IMG/VR virus record: IMGVR_UViG_3300035501_000484
Coordinates: 64,001 to 128,000 of that record
DNA from: a virus
Direction: 5' to 3' (one strand)
DNA length: 64,000 nucleotides
The notes under the pieces are model-generated. The model made no database searches, was not told the origin of the DNA, and saw nothing but the letters and a program-made list of their open reading frames with translations. Positions 48,001 through 58,611 of the stretch are shown piece after piece; within the stretch, counting starts at the first letter, position 1, and every line of letters begins with the position of its first letter. Made by a program: the position numbers and the translations under genes.

Positions 48001-49150
48001 AATGCTAAATAGATATGGAAATTCTGCATTAAATGGCTGGGATGGTAATAGTATTAATATAGATGCAGATGGCGGTTTTATTTTAGCTCCACAGGTGGGC
48101 GCTGGTATTAAAGAGACTGATAACAGCTTTACTGGAGTTTTAATGGGAAAAGTTAAGGAATCAGGACAGACTTCCGCAGATATTGGATTATTTGGATATG
48201 CTAAAGGTACTAGAAGTATCTTTTTAGACGCAGAGACTGGTAAAGCGAGATTTGGAGCTAATGGTAAGGGGCAAATAATTATTGACCCTGAGAGTAATAA
48301 GGCTCAGATATATTCAGGTAATTATAGCACATCTAATAAAACTGGTATGATGATTGATTTAACCACTCCAGAAATTAGATATGGTAGCGGGAATTTTTAT
48401 ACTACAAGTACTGGTATAGTTCATGCGATTAGCGCAGTTATTGAAGGTGATATCACTGCAAATACTGGATATATCGGTGGTAAAAATGGATTTGTTATTA
48501 CTACTAATAAATTATATAATGGTAAAATTTCTTATAGTGATTCTTCTAATGGAATTTATATTGGAACGGATGGGATTGCTCTTGGTTCAAGTAATAAATT
48601 CTGTGTAGATAAAAATGGAAATTTAACTGCTAAAAGTGCCGTGGTTGAAGGAGAAATTACTGCTAAAAAGGGTAATATTGGTGGATTTACTATTACGAGT
48701 AATAGTTTATATAATGGTAAATCTGCTTTTAGTGATGCTAATGATGGTGTATATATAGGAACTAATGGTATTGCTCTTGGAGCTAATAATTCTTTTAAAG
48801 TTTCTTCAAGTGGAGTTATAACAGCGGTTAGGATTGATGGTGAAGCTGTAAATCAAATTAATACCATTATTAATAATTCAAAAGCTATGCAAACTGCGAA
48901 TGAAGCTATTAATGCAGCTAAATCCGCAGCAGCGACTGCTCAATCAGCAGCTAATACTGCACAAAATACAGCTAATACAGCTAATAGTGCTGCCGCTACA
49001 GCTAAATCAGCCGCGGAGACGGCTCAAAATACAGCTAATGGACTAGCAACAGATGTTAGAAATACTTATAATTCAATTAATACTATAAATGGTTGGATTA
49101 ATCAATTATCTGGTCAATTAAGAAACTTAGGGCAACCAGGAATAAGTTAA
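45086..49150 (+). CDS. large tail protein (distal tail/tail fiber) with C-terminal repeats and Ala-rich coiled coil
   Basis: 1354 aa. C-terminal tandem repeats of about 75 aa (…GYIGGKNGFVITTNKLYNGKISYSDSSNGIYIGTDGIALGSSNKF… / …GNIGGFTITSNSLYNGKSAFSDANDGVYIGTNGIALGANNSF…). Then AINAAKSAAATAQSAANTAQNTANTANSAAATAKSAAETAQNTA. Promoter at 45033-45061. Confidence 0.5.
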   Translation: MNSIETSICDAIELIVDRAISQASYDKTIQATIVECTDSTIGKYKVKYQDSTFYAYSSGTDVSYTAGASVYILVPGNDMSKDKTILGTTKKLGINYVATVEGDEAYEIVGSNCISSTNKFSMSSYRKDAYTKVLYSKTYNSNQNLITLNKTAINEYIKTSNTIICGALFKTSLPVEQQYRGNYGIIFALDFIDNATNETVTRYYTIDVDKMTGNPYKLISETRQYGIFEIDNKNFKEINYISIFTYNFPNSKDENLCVDDIFVNDIELYGAEPLSEDDINNYSLTIATPQGKYFDDTSLDSEVRTLQAQVRVKGKVIDNDSQSLPFYWFIEHVGVTSNSQYYNKYGGQGWKCLNNFNVISAATATEDAIIEWIPASYNFTVKKSDVTAKEVKYKCAVVYDGTVITKTIIIKNLSSEYDVSIVSDVGTQFYFDIGYPTLQCLVGGKSPSGYSYSWAVVDNSGTFQSLAETPQENADYASTLNEYNILMSLIDSQQLMYEANKERINNLKNKLDEYEKITRVEGNTIYHLNVNTITNFSTYQCTVYFANLYIGTASITLTNKLEAEGAYSLIINDGAYVYKYNENGVSPASASLDSPIDIKALTFNLYDNLGNRIDDDVVKRCNIQWIVPSSNTMISIPSSYTPTSTDAENKTETYSNIMSLSYKISDRYDITKTRNNIQLLVNYQGMSLSAVTDFTFIKEGEPGTNGTEFTCKIVPNIASGATAPLYPTITQLTNKSWSINYTPVNSNKFFRAQLWHNENKILDSVSSANSTEGKKATIKWSILKNKYTSSISDTSALSVDESTGTFSFSGFTDTTPAHIAKVTIEYDDVVYYATMPIITVKLSNNNYRVNLKEYTGFRYATYTSDGQSPKYDNVNPFEILVTKYINNYYEDIGVLSSYGLTYTWSYLGRIYESSWVSSINLGNRSVSDTLAINQKAVKPLDSFDGQCVTNAVECIIKASGTEVARIHIPIHLMLNRYGNSALNGWDGNSINIDADGGFILAPQVGAGIKETDNSFTGVLMGKVKESGQTSADIGLFGYAKGTRSIFLDAETGKARFGANGKGQIIIDPESNKAQIYSGNYSTSNKTGMMIDLTTPEIRYGSGNFYTTSTGIVHAISAVIEGDITANTGYIGGKNGFVITTNKLYNGKISYSDSSNGIYIGTDGIALGSSNKFCVDKNGNLTAKSAVVEGEITAKKGNIGGFTITSNSLYNGKSAFSDANDGVYIGTNGIALGANNSFKVSSSGVITAVRIDGEAVNQINTIINNSKAMQTANEAINAAKSAAATAQSAANTAQNTANTANSAAATAKSAAETAQNTANGLATDVRNTYNSINTINGWINQLSGQLRNLGQPGIS

Positions 49151-49159
49151 AGGATAAAA

Positions 49160-49372
49160 ATGGAAGAATTAAATATAAATTTAAAATGTGAAAAATTTAA
49201 ATCAGAAATTATAGATATAATTAATAAAAGTAATTTACCTATTTCTTCAGTTTATTATATCTTTCAGTTAATAGTTAAAGATTTAGAAGAAACTTATTAT
49301 GATACTTTAAAATATGAATTAGCAAAAATTCAAGAAGAGGGAAAAAATAATGGACAAGTTAAAGATAGCTAA
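49160..49372 (+). CDS. hypothetical protein
   Basis: 70-aa ORF. Confidence 0.4.
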   Translation: MEELNINLKCEKFKSEIIDIINKSNLPISSVYYIFQLIVKDLEETYYDTLKYELAKIQEEGKNNGQVKDS

Positions 49373-49556
49373 AGTTATAGATGAAATTAATAATTTCAAT
49401 GAAGAAGTTCCTATTGGATGTGAAGCTGCAAATGTAGATTTACCAACTGGAGATACTTTACTTGATTTTATTGGTAATTGGAATATTAAAGAAAAGGGTT
49501 CTATAGCAAGTTATATTGAACAATTAGAAGAGCGTATTTCAGCTTTAGAACAATAA
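49350..49556 (+). CDS. hypothetical protein
   Basis: 68-aa ORF overlapping the upstream gene. Confidence 0.4.
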   Translation: MDKLKIAKVIDEINNFNEEVPIGCEAANVDLPTGDTLLDFIGNWNIKEKGSIASYIEQLEERISALEQ

Positions 49557-49601
49557 TTGGTCTATCTAAATTAATCTCAATATATTTGATTTTAAAATAT
49601 A

Positions 49602-50117
49602 TTGAGATTTAATTTAGGAGGTTTTATAATTAATATGTTACAATTATTAGAAAGCTATTCCATATCGGAAATTATAATTTTCTTTATTGTTTTTTGTTTA
49701 GCTATAAAAGAAGCTATTACTTTCTATGATTGGACTAAAACGAGATTACAGCAAGGTTATAATAAAAATTTAAAAGAGAAAGAGGATAAAGATAGTATTA
49801 GGGCAGAACTTAATACAGTTAGTGATTCTTTTCATAAAAAAGAACAAGAAATGAGTGAAGGTTTTAAGCAAATTAATGAACAGATTAATGATTTATCTGA
49901 AAAAATTAATTTATTAATAAATTCAGACAAAGATGATATAAAAGCTTTTATTACAAAAGAACATCATTATTTTTGTTATCAAAAAAAATGGATAGATGAT
50001 TATAGTTTAGATTGTATAGAAAAAAGGTTTGAACATTATAAACAAGAAAAAGGAAATTCTTTTGTAGAGAGCTTAATGGAAGAACTGCGGTCGTTACCCA
50101 AGCAACCTCCGCAATAA
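49602..50117 (+). CDS. hypothetical membrane-anchored protein
   Basis: 171 aa with an N-terminal hydrophobic segment IIIFFIVFCLAIKEAI. Confidence 0.45.
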   Translation: MRFNLGGFIINMLQLLESYSISEIIIFFIVFCLAIKEAITFYDWTKTRLQQGYNKNLKEKEDKDSIRAELNTVSDSFHKKEQEMSEGFKQINEQINDLSEKINLLINSDKDDIKAFITKEHHYFCYQKKWIDDYSLDCIEKRFEHYKQEKGNSFVESLMEELRSLPKQPPQ

Positions 50118-50147
50118 AGTAAAAAAGAGAAAAAAGGAGATTTTATT

Positions 50148-52862
50148 ATGGCGGGAATTGGAAATAATTTATATCCTCCAATTGTAGATACATTTATGCC
50201 TGCTTTTGTTAGAACCCAGCCTTGTAAAATATATTTTTCATTATCTGCATATAATAGCTTAGATGATATTCTAAATGCACAAGTTATAGTAAATAATCAA
50301 AGTACAAATATGTCTGCATTAAATTCAGAAGGTTACCCTACTGGAATTAAAATAACTAATATTAATTCAGATTCATCAAGAGACTCAGATGATAAATATT
50401 ATATAGTAATTAATCCTTCTGATTTAGAGGATGGGTTTGAATTAAATCAATTTTATAAAGTGCAAATTAGATTTACTAGTTCAAGTGCAACCGCACCAGA
50501 AGATACTAAAAAAATAGCTTCATGGTTGACAGATAATGAAAAATATTTTTCTGAATGGTCTACAGTTTGTATAATAAAAGGTATACAACAACCGACTTTA
50601 TATATTAAAGGGTTTGAAGATAATACAAGTGACCAAACAATATTTACAACTTCAATTGTAGATTTTATTGGACAAATGTATTATTCAGCTAATTCTACTA
50701 TTGAAAAAGAATATTTAAAAAGTTATAGGATTCAAATTTACAATAGAGATAAATTAGATACTCCATTAGCAGATAGTGGAGAAATTTTTTCCAATTCTTA
50801 TAATCCAAATGAAATTAATTATACTTTAGATTATCAATTGGAAGAAGGAATTTCATATTCAGCTTACATAACTTATACTACTAATAATTTATATACTGAA
50901 ACAAAAGTATTTAATTTTATTATTATTGGTTATGGTATTGAGAAATTAAATGCAACTATGACTGCGGAATCTGATGAAGAAGAAGGCAGAGTAAAAATCC
51001 ATATATTAGGTAAGACCGTTGATAGATTTACTGGTAATATAACTATTAGACGAGCATCTAGTACAAGTAATTTTTTAATTTGGGAAGATATTTATACTGT
51101 TGCTATTATAGGAAGTGATATGCTTGATTTTACTTGGTATGACAATACCGTTGAAAGTGGAATCTGGTATAAATATTGCGCACAAAGAAGAAATTCAAGA
51201 GGCGATAGAGGTTCTATTATTGAGATAGAGTCTCCAATAATGATTTCTTTAGAGTATAGTTTCTTATCTTATGGAGATAAACAATTAAAATTAAAATTTG
51301 ATAATGAAATTAGTTCATTTAAATATGTTATTGCGGAAAGTAAAACTGATACAATAGGCTCTCAATATTCTTTTATTAGAAGAAATGGCAATATGAAATA
51401 TAGGCAGTTTCCTATGACTGGATTAATCACTCGCTTTTGTGATGAGAATAATTTATTTGCAACAGAAGAAGAGGTTTATCAAAGCAATATTGATTTATAT
51501 AATGAGTATAATCAAGTTTATAAAATTAATGAATATAATGATAGAATATATGAGAAAAAATTCAGAGATTTAGTTATGGACTTTTTATATAAAGATAATG
51601 TAAAACTATTTCGCTCTACAACAGAAGGTAATATATTAGTTAAATTAATGGATATTAGTTTTACTCCTAATCAAACTTTAGGTAGAATGATATATTCATT
51701 TTCAGCAACAGCATATGAAGTTGCGGAAGCTAATATTACTAATTATAATACGTATAATATTCAGTCAAGTGGCGGATACGATACTTATCTTCAATATTCT
51801 TCTTCTAAGCTAGGACAGATACAAGAAGTCTTACCTGCTAATAAAGATATATTAAATATTATTCAAGATAAATATTCAAATAGTGCAAGTGATGGATTTA
51901 AAAATGTTGTTAATTATTTAAGTTATTTAAGAGTTGAATTTAATTCTAAACCTTATTTAATTGCGGATGACCCTGCTTTAGGAATCTTACCCGCGACTTC
52001 CGTGCAAACTAAATATGCTAATTTAATTCAAGGTTATATTCTTTATATAAATGGTAATCCTATCATAGTAAGTGATAAAGGATTTTATGAATTAAGGGAT
52101 GAAGATATACAAATTACATCTTTAGCTGTTCCAGTTGCAAGTGATGTTACTATTGATTATATATGTAATTTAAGTGAAATTGAAAATGTTAGTACATTAG
52201 CTAGTCAAGTTTATTATTATCAAAAAGTTGGACAATGCTGGGGCAATTTTGCAGTTAATGAATCTATTATTAATAAGATTTATTTAAAATATTTACTTGA
52301 TTATCCAACATATTATCAAAAATTAATTTCAGTTAATGGTGTTAATATAGAAGCTGACAGGGGAACTGTAGTTTATGTTAAGGACTCTTCTGACGATGAT
52401 TTTTATAGAGAAGTTATAGGAGAGACAGAAACATTACAACTTTATAATGATGATGCAACTATTGAAGGACTATATTTTGGTGGAGTCCATCTTGATGAAT
52501 ATACAGGCTTAGATACTAATAATATGTTGCCTACTCAATTTAAAGATACTGGTATGAAAGTTACTAGTGTAGATGATATTGCTAGTCCTATTGAAAATGG
52601 AGTATATTGGATTGCTTCTTTAGGATTAGAAGTTCAAAATTATAACAATGATACAGATACTATAACTATTAATTCAAGTGATGTAGAATTAAAAACCGCT
52701 CAAGAGTATATGGTATATCTACAGCGTTATTTTGATAAAGATAGTAATAGATATATTTATTATAAAGGTCAGTGGTGTCTGTTTGGTAATGAAAATGATG
52801 TGTTATGTAGTGTTGACGCATTAGTTGATTATTATTGTGAAGTTATGAAAGGAGAGTATTAA
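50148..52862 (+). CDS. large tail/baseplate protein
   Basis: 904 aa with AAAAGGAGA RBS. Located between tail-fiber genes. Confidence 0.5.
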   Translation: MAGIGNNLYPPIVDTFMPAFVRTQPCKIYFSLSAYNSLDDILNAQVIVNNQSTNMSALNSEGYPTGIKITNINSDSSRDSDDKYYIVINPSDLEDGFELNQFYKVQIRFTSSSATAPEDTKKIASWLTDNEKYFSEWSTVCIIKGIQQPTLYIKGFEDNTSDQTIFTTSIVDFIGQMYYSANSTIEKEYLKSYRIQIYNRDKLDTPLADSGEIFSNSYNPNEINYTLDYQLEEGISYSAYITYTTNNLYTETKVFNFIIIGYGIEKLNATMTAESDEEEGRVKIHILGKTVDRFTGNITIRRASSTSNFLIWEDIYTVAIIGSDMLDFTWYDNTVESGIWYKYCAQRRNSRGDRGSIIEIESPIMISLEYSFLSYGDKQLKLKFDNEISSFKYVIAESKTDTIGSQYSFIRRNGNMKYRQFPMTGLITRFCDENNLFATEEEVYQSNIDLYNEYNQVYKINEYNDRIYEKKFRDLVMDFLYKDNVKLFRSTTEGNILVKLMDISFTPNQTLGRMIYSFSATAYEVAEANITNYNTYNIQSSGGYDTYLQYSSSKLGQIQEVLPANKDILNIIQDKYSNSASDGFKNVVNYLSYLRVEFNSKPYLIADDPALGILPATSVQTKYANLIQGYILYINGNPIIVSDKGFYELRDEDIQITSLAVPVASDVTIDYICNLSEIENVSTLASQVYYYQKVGQCWGNFAVNESIINKIYLKYLLDYPTYYQKLISVNGVNIEADRGTVVYVKDSSDDDFYREVIGETETLQLYNDDATIEGLYFGGVHLDEYTGLDTNNMLPTQFKDTGMKVTSVDDIASPIENGVYWIASLGLEVQNYNNDTDTITINSSDVELKTAQEYMVYLQRYFDKDSNRYIYYKGQWCLFGNENDVLCSVDALVDYYCEVMKGEY

Positions 52863-54874
52863 TGAAATATTCATATTTAAATGACTCTGCTTTCTTAAAA
52901 GAAATAGACTCTTTAAAACTAAAAGAACAATATGTAAAAATTGTTCTTTTAGACTTTAAAGAAAATCCTATTAAAGAAATTCAAGGATATGCAACTGGCG
53001 GAAATCTTAATTTAAATGGTTCTTCTAGTGTAAGAAGAACTGGAACAGTAAATATGATTGCTTATGAATATGAAAATGATTTAACTAATGTAAATAATTT
53101 AATTTCTATTAATAAGAAAATTAAATTAGAAGTAGGAATTAAAAATACCACAAATAAATATTCAGAGTATCCTATTATCTGGTTTCCGCAAGGAACTTAT
53201 GTTATTATTAATCCTTCTATAACACATTCAACAAGCGGTGTTAATATATCTTTACAACTAAAAGATAAAATGTGTTTATTAAATGGAGACTGCGGAGGCA
53301 TCATTCCTTCTTCTGTTACATTCCATGAATATGAAACTACAGATGAAAATGGTAATATAGTTTTAACATATCCAACTATTTATCAAATTATACAAGAGCT
53401 AGTAAATCATTTTGGTGGAGAGCAATTAGGTAAAATTATTATTAGTGATATAGATACCAGAATTAAAAAAGTTATGAAATGGGTTGGAAGTTCTCCAATT
53501 TATATTATAAAGAAAATATCTGGTGAAACTGTGCAATATATAGCGACAACTAATGAAGCTACAGCAGTTGCAGCAGGTAATTATAAAATGTATGAATATG
53601 GAGAAGATATAGGCTATATTTATACTGATTTTATTTACCCTGATGAATTAATTGGGGATGCTGGTAATTCTGTATGTGATATATTGGATAAAATAAAAAA
53701 TACATTAGGTAATTATGAATATTTTTATGATATAGATGGAAATTTTATTTTTCAAGAGATAAAAAATTATTTAAATACTTCACAAGCATCTATAGAACTA
53801 GATAAAATGACTAAAGATGATTATTTAATAGATATGAGCAAAGGTAAATCTGTTTATACTTTTGATGATGGCTCTTTAATTATTTCTTATTCTAACACTC
53901 CGCAATATGGAATGATTAAGAATGATTTTATAGTATGGGGATTAAAAGAAAATTCAGAAGGAATAGAAATTCCAATACGCTATCATCTTGCTATTGATAG
54001 CAAACCTACTATTGGAAATACATATCCTTGTTTTTTTTATGAAGACCCCGATGATGGATTAACAAAAGCTAAAAGTCCTATTAAATATTCTAGTAAAAGT
54101 TATTTTCCTAAAAAAGGAGTTGCGGAAACCTTCTATATGGCGGAAGATACCCAGCTTATTTATAAATGGGATGCCGCTAATCAAGAATACACAAAAGTTT
54201 CTGAAGGTCAAGTAAATATAACTACTAAAGATTGGAGAACAGAATTATATTTATCTGGTGTTGAAAGTGAACCATTTGGTAGTGATTCTAATTATTATTA
54301 TACTGAGCTTTTGAACGAATGGCCTAAGTTATACGACGTAGAGAAGGGCGAATTTTATGCTAGTGCATTAAAAACTCCAAGTGGAATTGAATATTATTTA
54401 GATTTTATTGACTCTACTGCGGCAATATCTGAGTTTAGCGTTTCTAATATCGGTCGCCGCACAAAAGTAGTTAGTGATGACAGTATAAATTGTATCTTTG
54501 AACCAGAAATACCTGATTTAATTTTACTTGATACATCAGATGAAGATATTGCAACTTTAAGAACAGAATGTGAAAATAAAGGACAAGATTATATTCAATT
54601 AGATAGTTCAATATATAGTATGATAGCTAGCGGAGGAGAATCTAATTCCGCATATGAAGCAGTAAGAGAATTATTATATCAATATACTAGTTATAATGAA
54701 AGCATTACTTTAAGTGCAATACCCATTTATTATTTAGAACCAAATACTAGAATAACAGTACGAGATAATGAAAGTGGTATTTATGGAGATTATATGATTA
54801 ATACAATTTCTCTTCCTCTTGATATTACAAGTACGATGTCAATTTCTTGTACAAGAGCGCTTGAGAGATTTTAA
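52862..54874 (+). CDS. large tail/baseplate protein
   Basis: 670 aa. Start overlaps the upstream stop (TAATG). Confidence 0.5.
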   Translation: MKYSYLNDSAFLKEIDSLKLKEQYVKIVLLDFKENPIKEIQGYATGGNLNLNGSSSVRRTGTVNMIAYEYENDLTNVNNLISINKKIKLEVGIKNTTNKYSEYPIIWFPQGTYVIINPSITHSTSGVNISLQLKDKMCLLNGDCGGIIPSSVTFHEYETTDENGNIVLTYPTIYQIIQELVNHFGGEQLGKIIISDIDTRIKKVMKWVGSSPIYIIKKISGETVQYIATTNEATAVAAGNYKMYEYGEDIGYIYTDFIYPDELIGDAGNSVCDILDKIKNTLGNYEYFYDIDGNFIFQEIKNYLNTSQASIELDKMTKDDYLIDMSKGKSVYTFDDGSLIISYSNTPQYGMIKNDFIVWGLKENSEGIEIPIRYHLAIDSKPTIGNTYPCFFYEDPDDGLTKAKSPIKYSSKSYFPKKGVAETFYMAEDTQLIYKWDAANQEYTKVSEGQVNITTKDWRTELYLSGVESEPFGSDSNYYYTELLNEWPKLYDVEKGEFYASALKTPSGIEYYLDFIDSTAAISEFSVSNIGRRTKVVSDDSINCIFEPEIPDLILLDTSDEDIATLRTECENKGQDYIQLDSSIYSMIASGGESNSAYEAVRELLYQYTSYNESITLSAIPIYYLEPNTRITVRDNESGIYGDYMINTISLPLDITSTMSISCTRALERF

Positions 54875-54892
54875 TATAGAAAGGAGACTACA

Positions 54893-55588
54893 ATGAGTTA
54901 TAGTATTGGACAATTTAGAAGAACTCAACTATCAGCTGACTCATATCAAAATCCTCAAACGTATACACTCACAACAGTAAAAAATGATTCTGGAATTACT
55001 CAATTTGATGATATATGTATACAACTTCAAGGAGCTAATATTTTAAATAGTAAAACTAGTTATTATTTAAAATTTAGAGTAAAACAAAGAACAGATTCTG
55101 TACAGGATTTTACATTAAAGTTAGAGAACTCTTCTATTGATGAAGATACCATTCAAAGTGTAGATTATTATAGTGTAGATTATGGTTCAGACTATACTTA
55201 TTTTGAATTAATAATTACACCAAATTCTACATATGACCAAATTATTTTAGAATTAAATAGAATTGCTTTAGATTATTCTATAGAAAATACATTAAAAGAT
55301 ACTCATGGTCGAGTTATGTCATGTGAAATTATTGAATTTTATTCAATTTATAATGTTATAGATTATTTAAGTAGTTCTTATGCGGGACTATCTGAATTAA
55401 GTAAGATAGGTATCCAGGGTCCGCCTGGTCTAATTATGTGTATAAATGGAGAACAAATTAGAATTGGAAGAACTGGAATATATGAAATTAATAATGGATT
55501 AACTATTCAATCTATTGGATTTATTTTAAAAGAATCCACTTTTTACTCTGATGGATTAGATTATTTCATTATGGATTTTCAATATTAA
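54893..55588 (+). CDS. hypothetical tail protein
   Basis: 231-aa ORF. Confidence 0.45.
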   Translation: MSYSIGQFRRTQLSADSYQNPQTYTLTTVKNDSGITQFDDICIQLQGANILNSKTSYYLKFRVKQRTDSVQDFTLKLENSSIDEDTIQSVDYYSVDYGSDYTYFELIITPNSTYDQIILELNRIALDYSIENTLKDTHGRVMSCEIIEFYSIYNVIDYLSSSYAGLSELSKIGIQGPPGLIMCINGEQIRIGRTGIYEINNGLTIQSIGFILKESTFYSDGLDYFIMDFQY

Positions 55589-55600
55589 GGAGGAAAAAGG

Positions 55601-57532
55601 ATGTTAGGAAGTTTTTATGGCGGAAAAGCTGGCGCGTCTTTCGTTATAGTTAAAGATTATGCATCAGTTAGCGCCATGGCTGAAGATTTTACCAAAGGAC
55701 CTCAATTTGAATTAGTTAATTTTGGAGAATATGTATTAATTAATACAGTAAATAAGAATGACCCTGATAATGGTAAGATATATCGAAGAGGTTATGATTA
55801 TTTAAATGACCTTGGTGGAGCTTTATATGTTGGTACTATAGTAGGTCCCGCAGGTAAAGCGCCAATGTTAGAACTAATGACTATGATGGAAGTAGACAAA
55901 AAGCAAGCTACTGAAGGATATGATATTAGAAGAGGAGAAGGCTCATACGCTCCTACTGAGAATCTGGTTCCTGGTAAAGATGGTGATACTTATAATGATG
56001 AAATTCAATGGAATTACTGTAGTATCAGAGATGAAAATGAAGAAGACTGTACTGCTTATATAGGTTTTAAAATTCCTTATACAGTAATTGATTTTATTGC
56101 TAGTTCAGTAAGTCCATATTATAATAGAGATAATAACACTTCTAATTTCAGTAATACTGATTTAATAGATAGAAGTGATGATAAGCAACATCCATTTTAT
56201 GAAAAATGGAATGTTAGTATTCCAAAAGGTATTAAAGGAGATGCTTTTAAAAACTTTAGAGTAATAGAAGCAAGTACTTCAATTCAAAATTACGACGGGC
56301 GCGATGATGATATAGATAACAAAAGAAAAGTATTAGTATATGACTATTATCATTATGATAAATTAGAAAGCGGAGAGCCAGTTACTATGTATTTAGGTGA
56401 TTATAATATGATAACTGGAATCACACTCGATAATGATGGTACTTTTACTATTGAGTATTCACATAATGATACAATAACCTATCCTAAATTAGTTAAGTGG
56501 ATTACTTCTATTACATTAAATGGCACTACAGGCGCTTTTAATGTAACTTATAATGAAGGCACTAAATATGATACTAATTTACGCTGGGTTAATAATGTAA
56601 TATTAGCGGAAGATGGAACAGTTACTTTAAAATATACAACAGGTAATGATGTAGTTTTAAATAATAAAATAAAATGGATAACAAGTGTTGAGGTCGCCGC
56701 TAATGGAACTATCACAGTTACCTATAATGATAAATCAACTGATGTTTTTGATAAAAAAATCCAATGGATTTCTTCCATTTCTTTAACTGATGAAGGATTA
56801 CTAACAGTTAAATATAATAATGGGACAACAGATTATACTAAAAATTTAGTATGGGCTACAGATGTAAAAATAGCTGATGATGGAACAATCACAGTTACTT
56901 ATAATAATGGAACTAAAACTGAACATGAGAAATATCTTAAAGTAGTCTCTAATATGAAAGTAAATTCTGATGATACTAATTTAGCTAGTCCGGGTAACCA
57001 AAAACTTCATGTAACTTATAATACAGGCGATGAAGAAGATATAGGTTCCCCATTAAATTATATTATGAAAATGGCTATTAATGAAGATAATTACCATTTC
57101 TTAATACTTTATAGCGACCCCGAAAAGAGGCAAGAACTAATAAATCAAGGGATTGCTGCAACTTATAATAATATAAATGGCTGGCTAGATTTAGGAGCTA
57201 TTAGAGATTATAGTGGATTATTAATTGGACCTCATTTAAAAAAAGAAGATGATAATAATTTAAGTAGTTCTTCAACTATTACATCAGTTTATTTAAATCA
57301 ATTATACCCAAATGGATTAACTGGAACTGATAGTGGTAAAGTAATAATTGTAGAAATTTCATCTACAGATAAATTCTTTTACGCTTTTGATTATGATGCT
57401 ATGTCTTGGTATTATTTAGGTTCTTTATCTAGCACTCCAATTATCGTTGGAAAAGCTTCTGACTCTGATATTACAACTAAAATGAGTGCCTTAAATGATG
57501 GCGGCATTTGGTTTATACTTGAGGAGAACTAA
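55601..57532 (+). CDS. tail fiber/receptor-binding-like protein with ~30-aa tandem repeats
   Basis: 643 aa. At least five repeats of the form K(I/L)xW(I/V)(T/S)S(I/V)xLxxxGT(I/L)TV(T/K)YN(N/D)G(T/S). Confidence 0.5.
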   Translation: MLGSFYGGKAGASFVIVKDYASVSAMAEDFTKGPQFELVNFGEYVLINTVNKNDPDNGKIYRRGYDYLNDLGGALYVGTIVGPAGKAPMLELMTMMEVDKKQATEGYDIRRGEGSYAPTENLVPGKDGDTYNDEIQWNYCSIRDENEEDCTAYIGFKIPYTVIDFIASSVSPYYNRDNNTSNFSNTDLIDRSDDKQHPFYEKWNVSIPKGIKGDAFKNFRVIEASTSIQNYDGRDDDIDNKRKVLVYDYYHYDKLESGEPVTMYLGDYNMITGITLDNDGTFTIEYSHNDTITYPKLVKWITSITLNGTTGAFNVTYNEGTKYDTNLRWVNNVILAEDGTVTLKYTTGNDVVLNNKIKWITSVEVAANGTITVTYNDKSTDVFDKKIQWISSISLTDEGLLTVKYNNGTTDYTKNLVWATDVKIADDGTITVTYNNGTKTEHEKYLKVVSNMKVNSDDTNLASPGNQKLHVTYNTGDEEDIGSPLNYIMKMAINEDNYHFLILYSDPEKRQELINQGIAATYNNINGWLDLGAIRDYSGLLIGPHLKKEDDNNLSSSSTITSVYLNQLYPNGLTGTDSGKVIIVEISSTDKFFYAFDYDAMSWYYLGSLSSTPIIVGKASDSDITTKMSALNDGGIWFILEEN

Positions 57533-57800
57533 TATGAATGGCTTTTATAATCAAATAATTGGACCTTTTGAAGAGAATGAGGAAATAATGGATTTAATAT
57601 CAGAACAAAATTCTGATATTAATTCTATTATTAAACTAGGTATCCAATCTAAAACAAGACATGAAGTATATATAAATAATGTTCTTTTTGAATTAGGAAA
57701 AACAGGTATATTAGAAACTGACTATGGAGTTAATATTACTTCAATTCGTTTTAATCAAAAAGAAGATGCAAGCACTATTATAGATTTTATATGCGAGTGA
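57495..57800 (+). CDS. hypothetical protein
   Basis: 101-aa ORF overlapping the end of the fiber gene. Confidence 0.4.
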   Translation: MMAAFGLYLRRTNMNGFYNQIIGPFEENEEIMDLISEQNSDINSIIKLGIQSKTRHEVYINNVLFELGKTGILETDYGVNITSIRFNQKEDASTIIDFICE

Positions 57801-57808
57801 GGTAAAAT

Positions 57809-58402
57809 ATGGCGGTTTGTAAAAGAGTATCAGTAAAAGATGATGATGGAAGTTTTACTATGATTGACCTTGGAGCCAGTGCAGAAAATGTCAATTTAAA
57901 AAGTGGAACTAGTGTAGAAGATTATTTAAAAGAAGATAATTTTACAATAAAAGCAGATAAAGTTTTTTTAAATAGCGGGACTACAGTGGAAGATTATTTA
58001 AATCAAGATACTTTTGTTTTATTAAAAACTTTAAATGATTTTAGTTTAACAGAAAATGCTACTATTACATTAAATACGGGAGTTTCTAGTACAGATTTTA
58101 AATATTTAATGATATTTTCTGAATATAATGGAAGTACAATGGAGATTAAGCAAATTCCAATTCTTGCTTATAATAATCCAATTAAATTATCTTATTCTTT
58201 AATAGACATAGATTCAAATGGATTAATTTCAGTTCAATATGATATTAAATTAATATCTAGCACTGTATTACAAGTTGCAAATATTCGTTCAAATGAAATT
58301 AAAGTAATTGAAGAAGATGATGTTAAAACTTTAAGTTTTAAGACTTTTACTGATGATAATGATAAAAAATATAAAATTACAAATATTTATGGTATTAAAT
58401 AA
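57809..58402 (+). CDS. hypothetical tail protein
   Basis: 197 aa. Strong terminator at 58409-58448 downstream. Confidence 0.45.
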   Translation: MAVCKRVSVKDDDGSFTMIDLGASAENVNLKSGTSVEDYLKEDNFTIKADKVFLNSGTTVEDYLNQDTFVLLKTLNDFSLTENATITLNTGVSSTDFKYLMIFSEYNGSTMEIKQIPILAYNNPIKLSYSLIDIDSNGLISVQYDIKLISSTVLQVANIRSNEIKVIEEDDVKTLSFKTFTDDNDKKYKITNIYGIK

Positions 58403-58408
58403 AATACA

Positions 58409-58448
58409 AGCTGAGAATAGCAATTAATGCTATTCTCAGCTATTTTTT
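58409..58448 (+). terminator. terminator after tail-fiber block
   Basis: AGCTGAGAATAGC-aattaat-GCTATTCTCAGCT followed by ATTTTTTT. Confidence 0.7.
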
Positions 58449-58611
58449 TGTCTAAAATTTGGAAATGTTCATCTCTTATAACTAAAATTAACTAGGTACT
58501 AAATTTTAACAATTTAATAAATTTTAATGAAAATTTGGGGCAAATTAAGAAATTTACTACAAAGCAAAATTCATATAATAATGTCAAAGATGAGAGAAAG
58601 GAGATAGTTAT

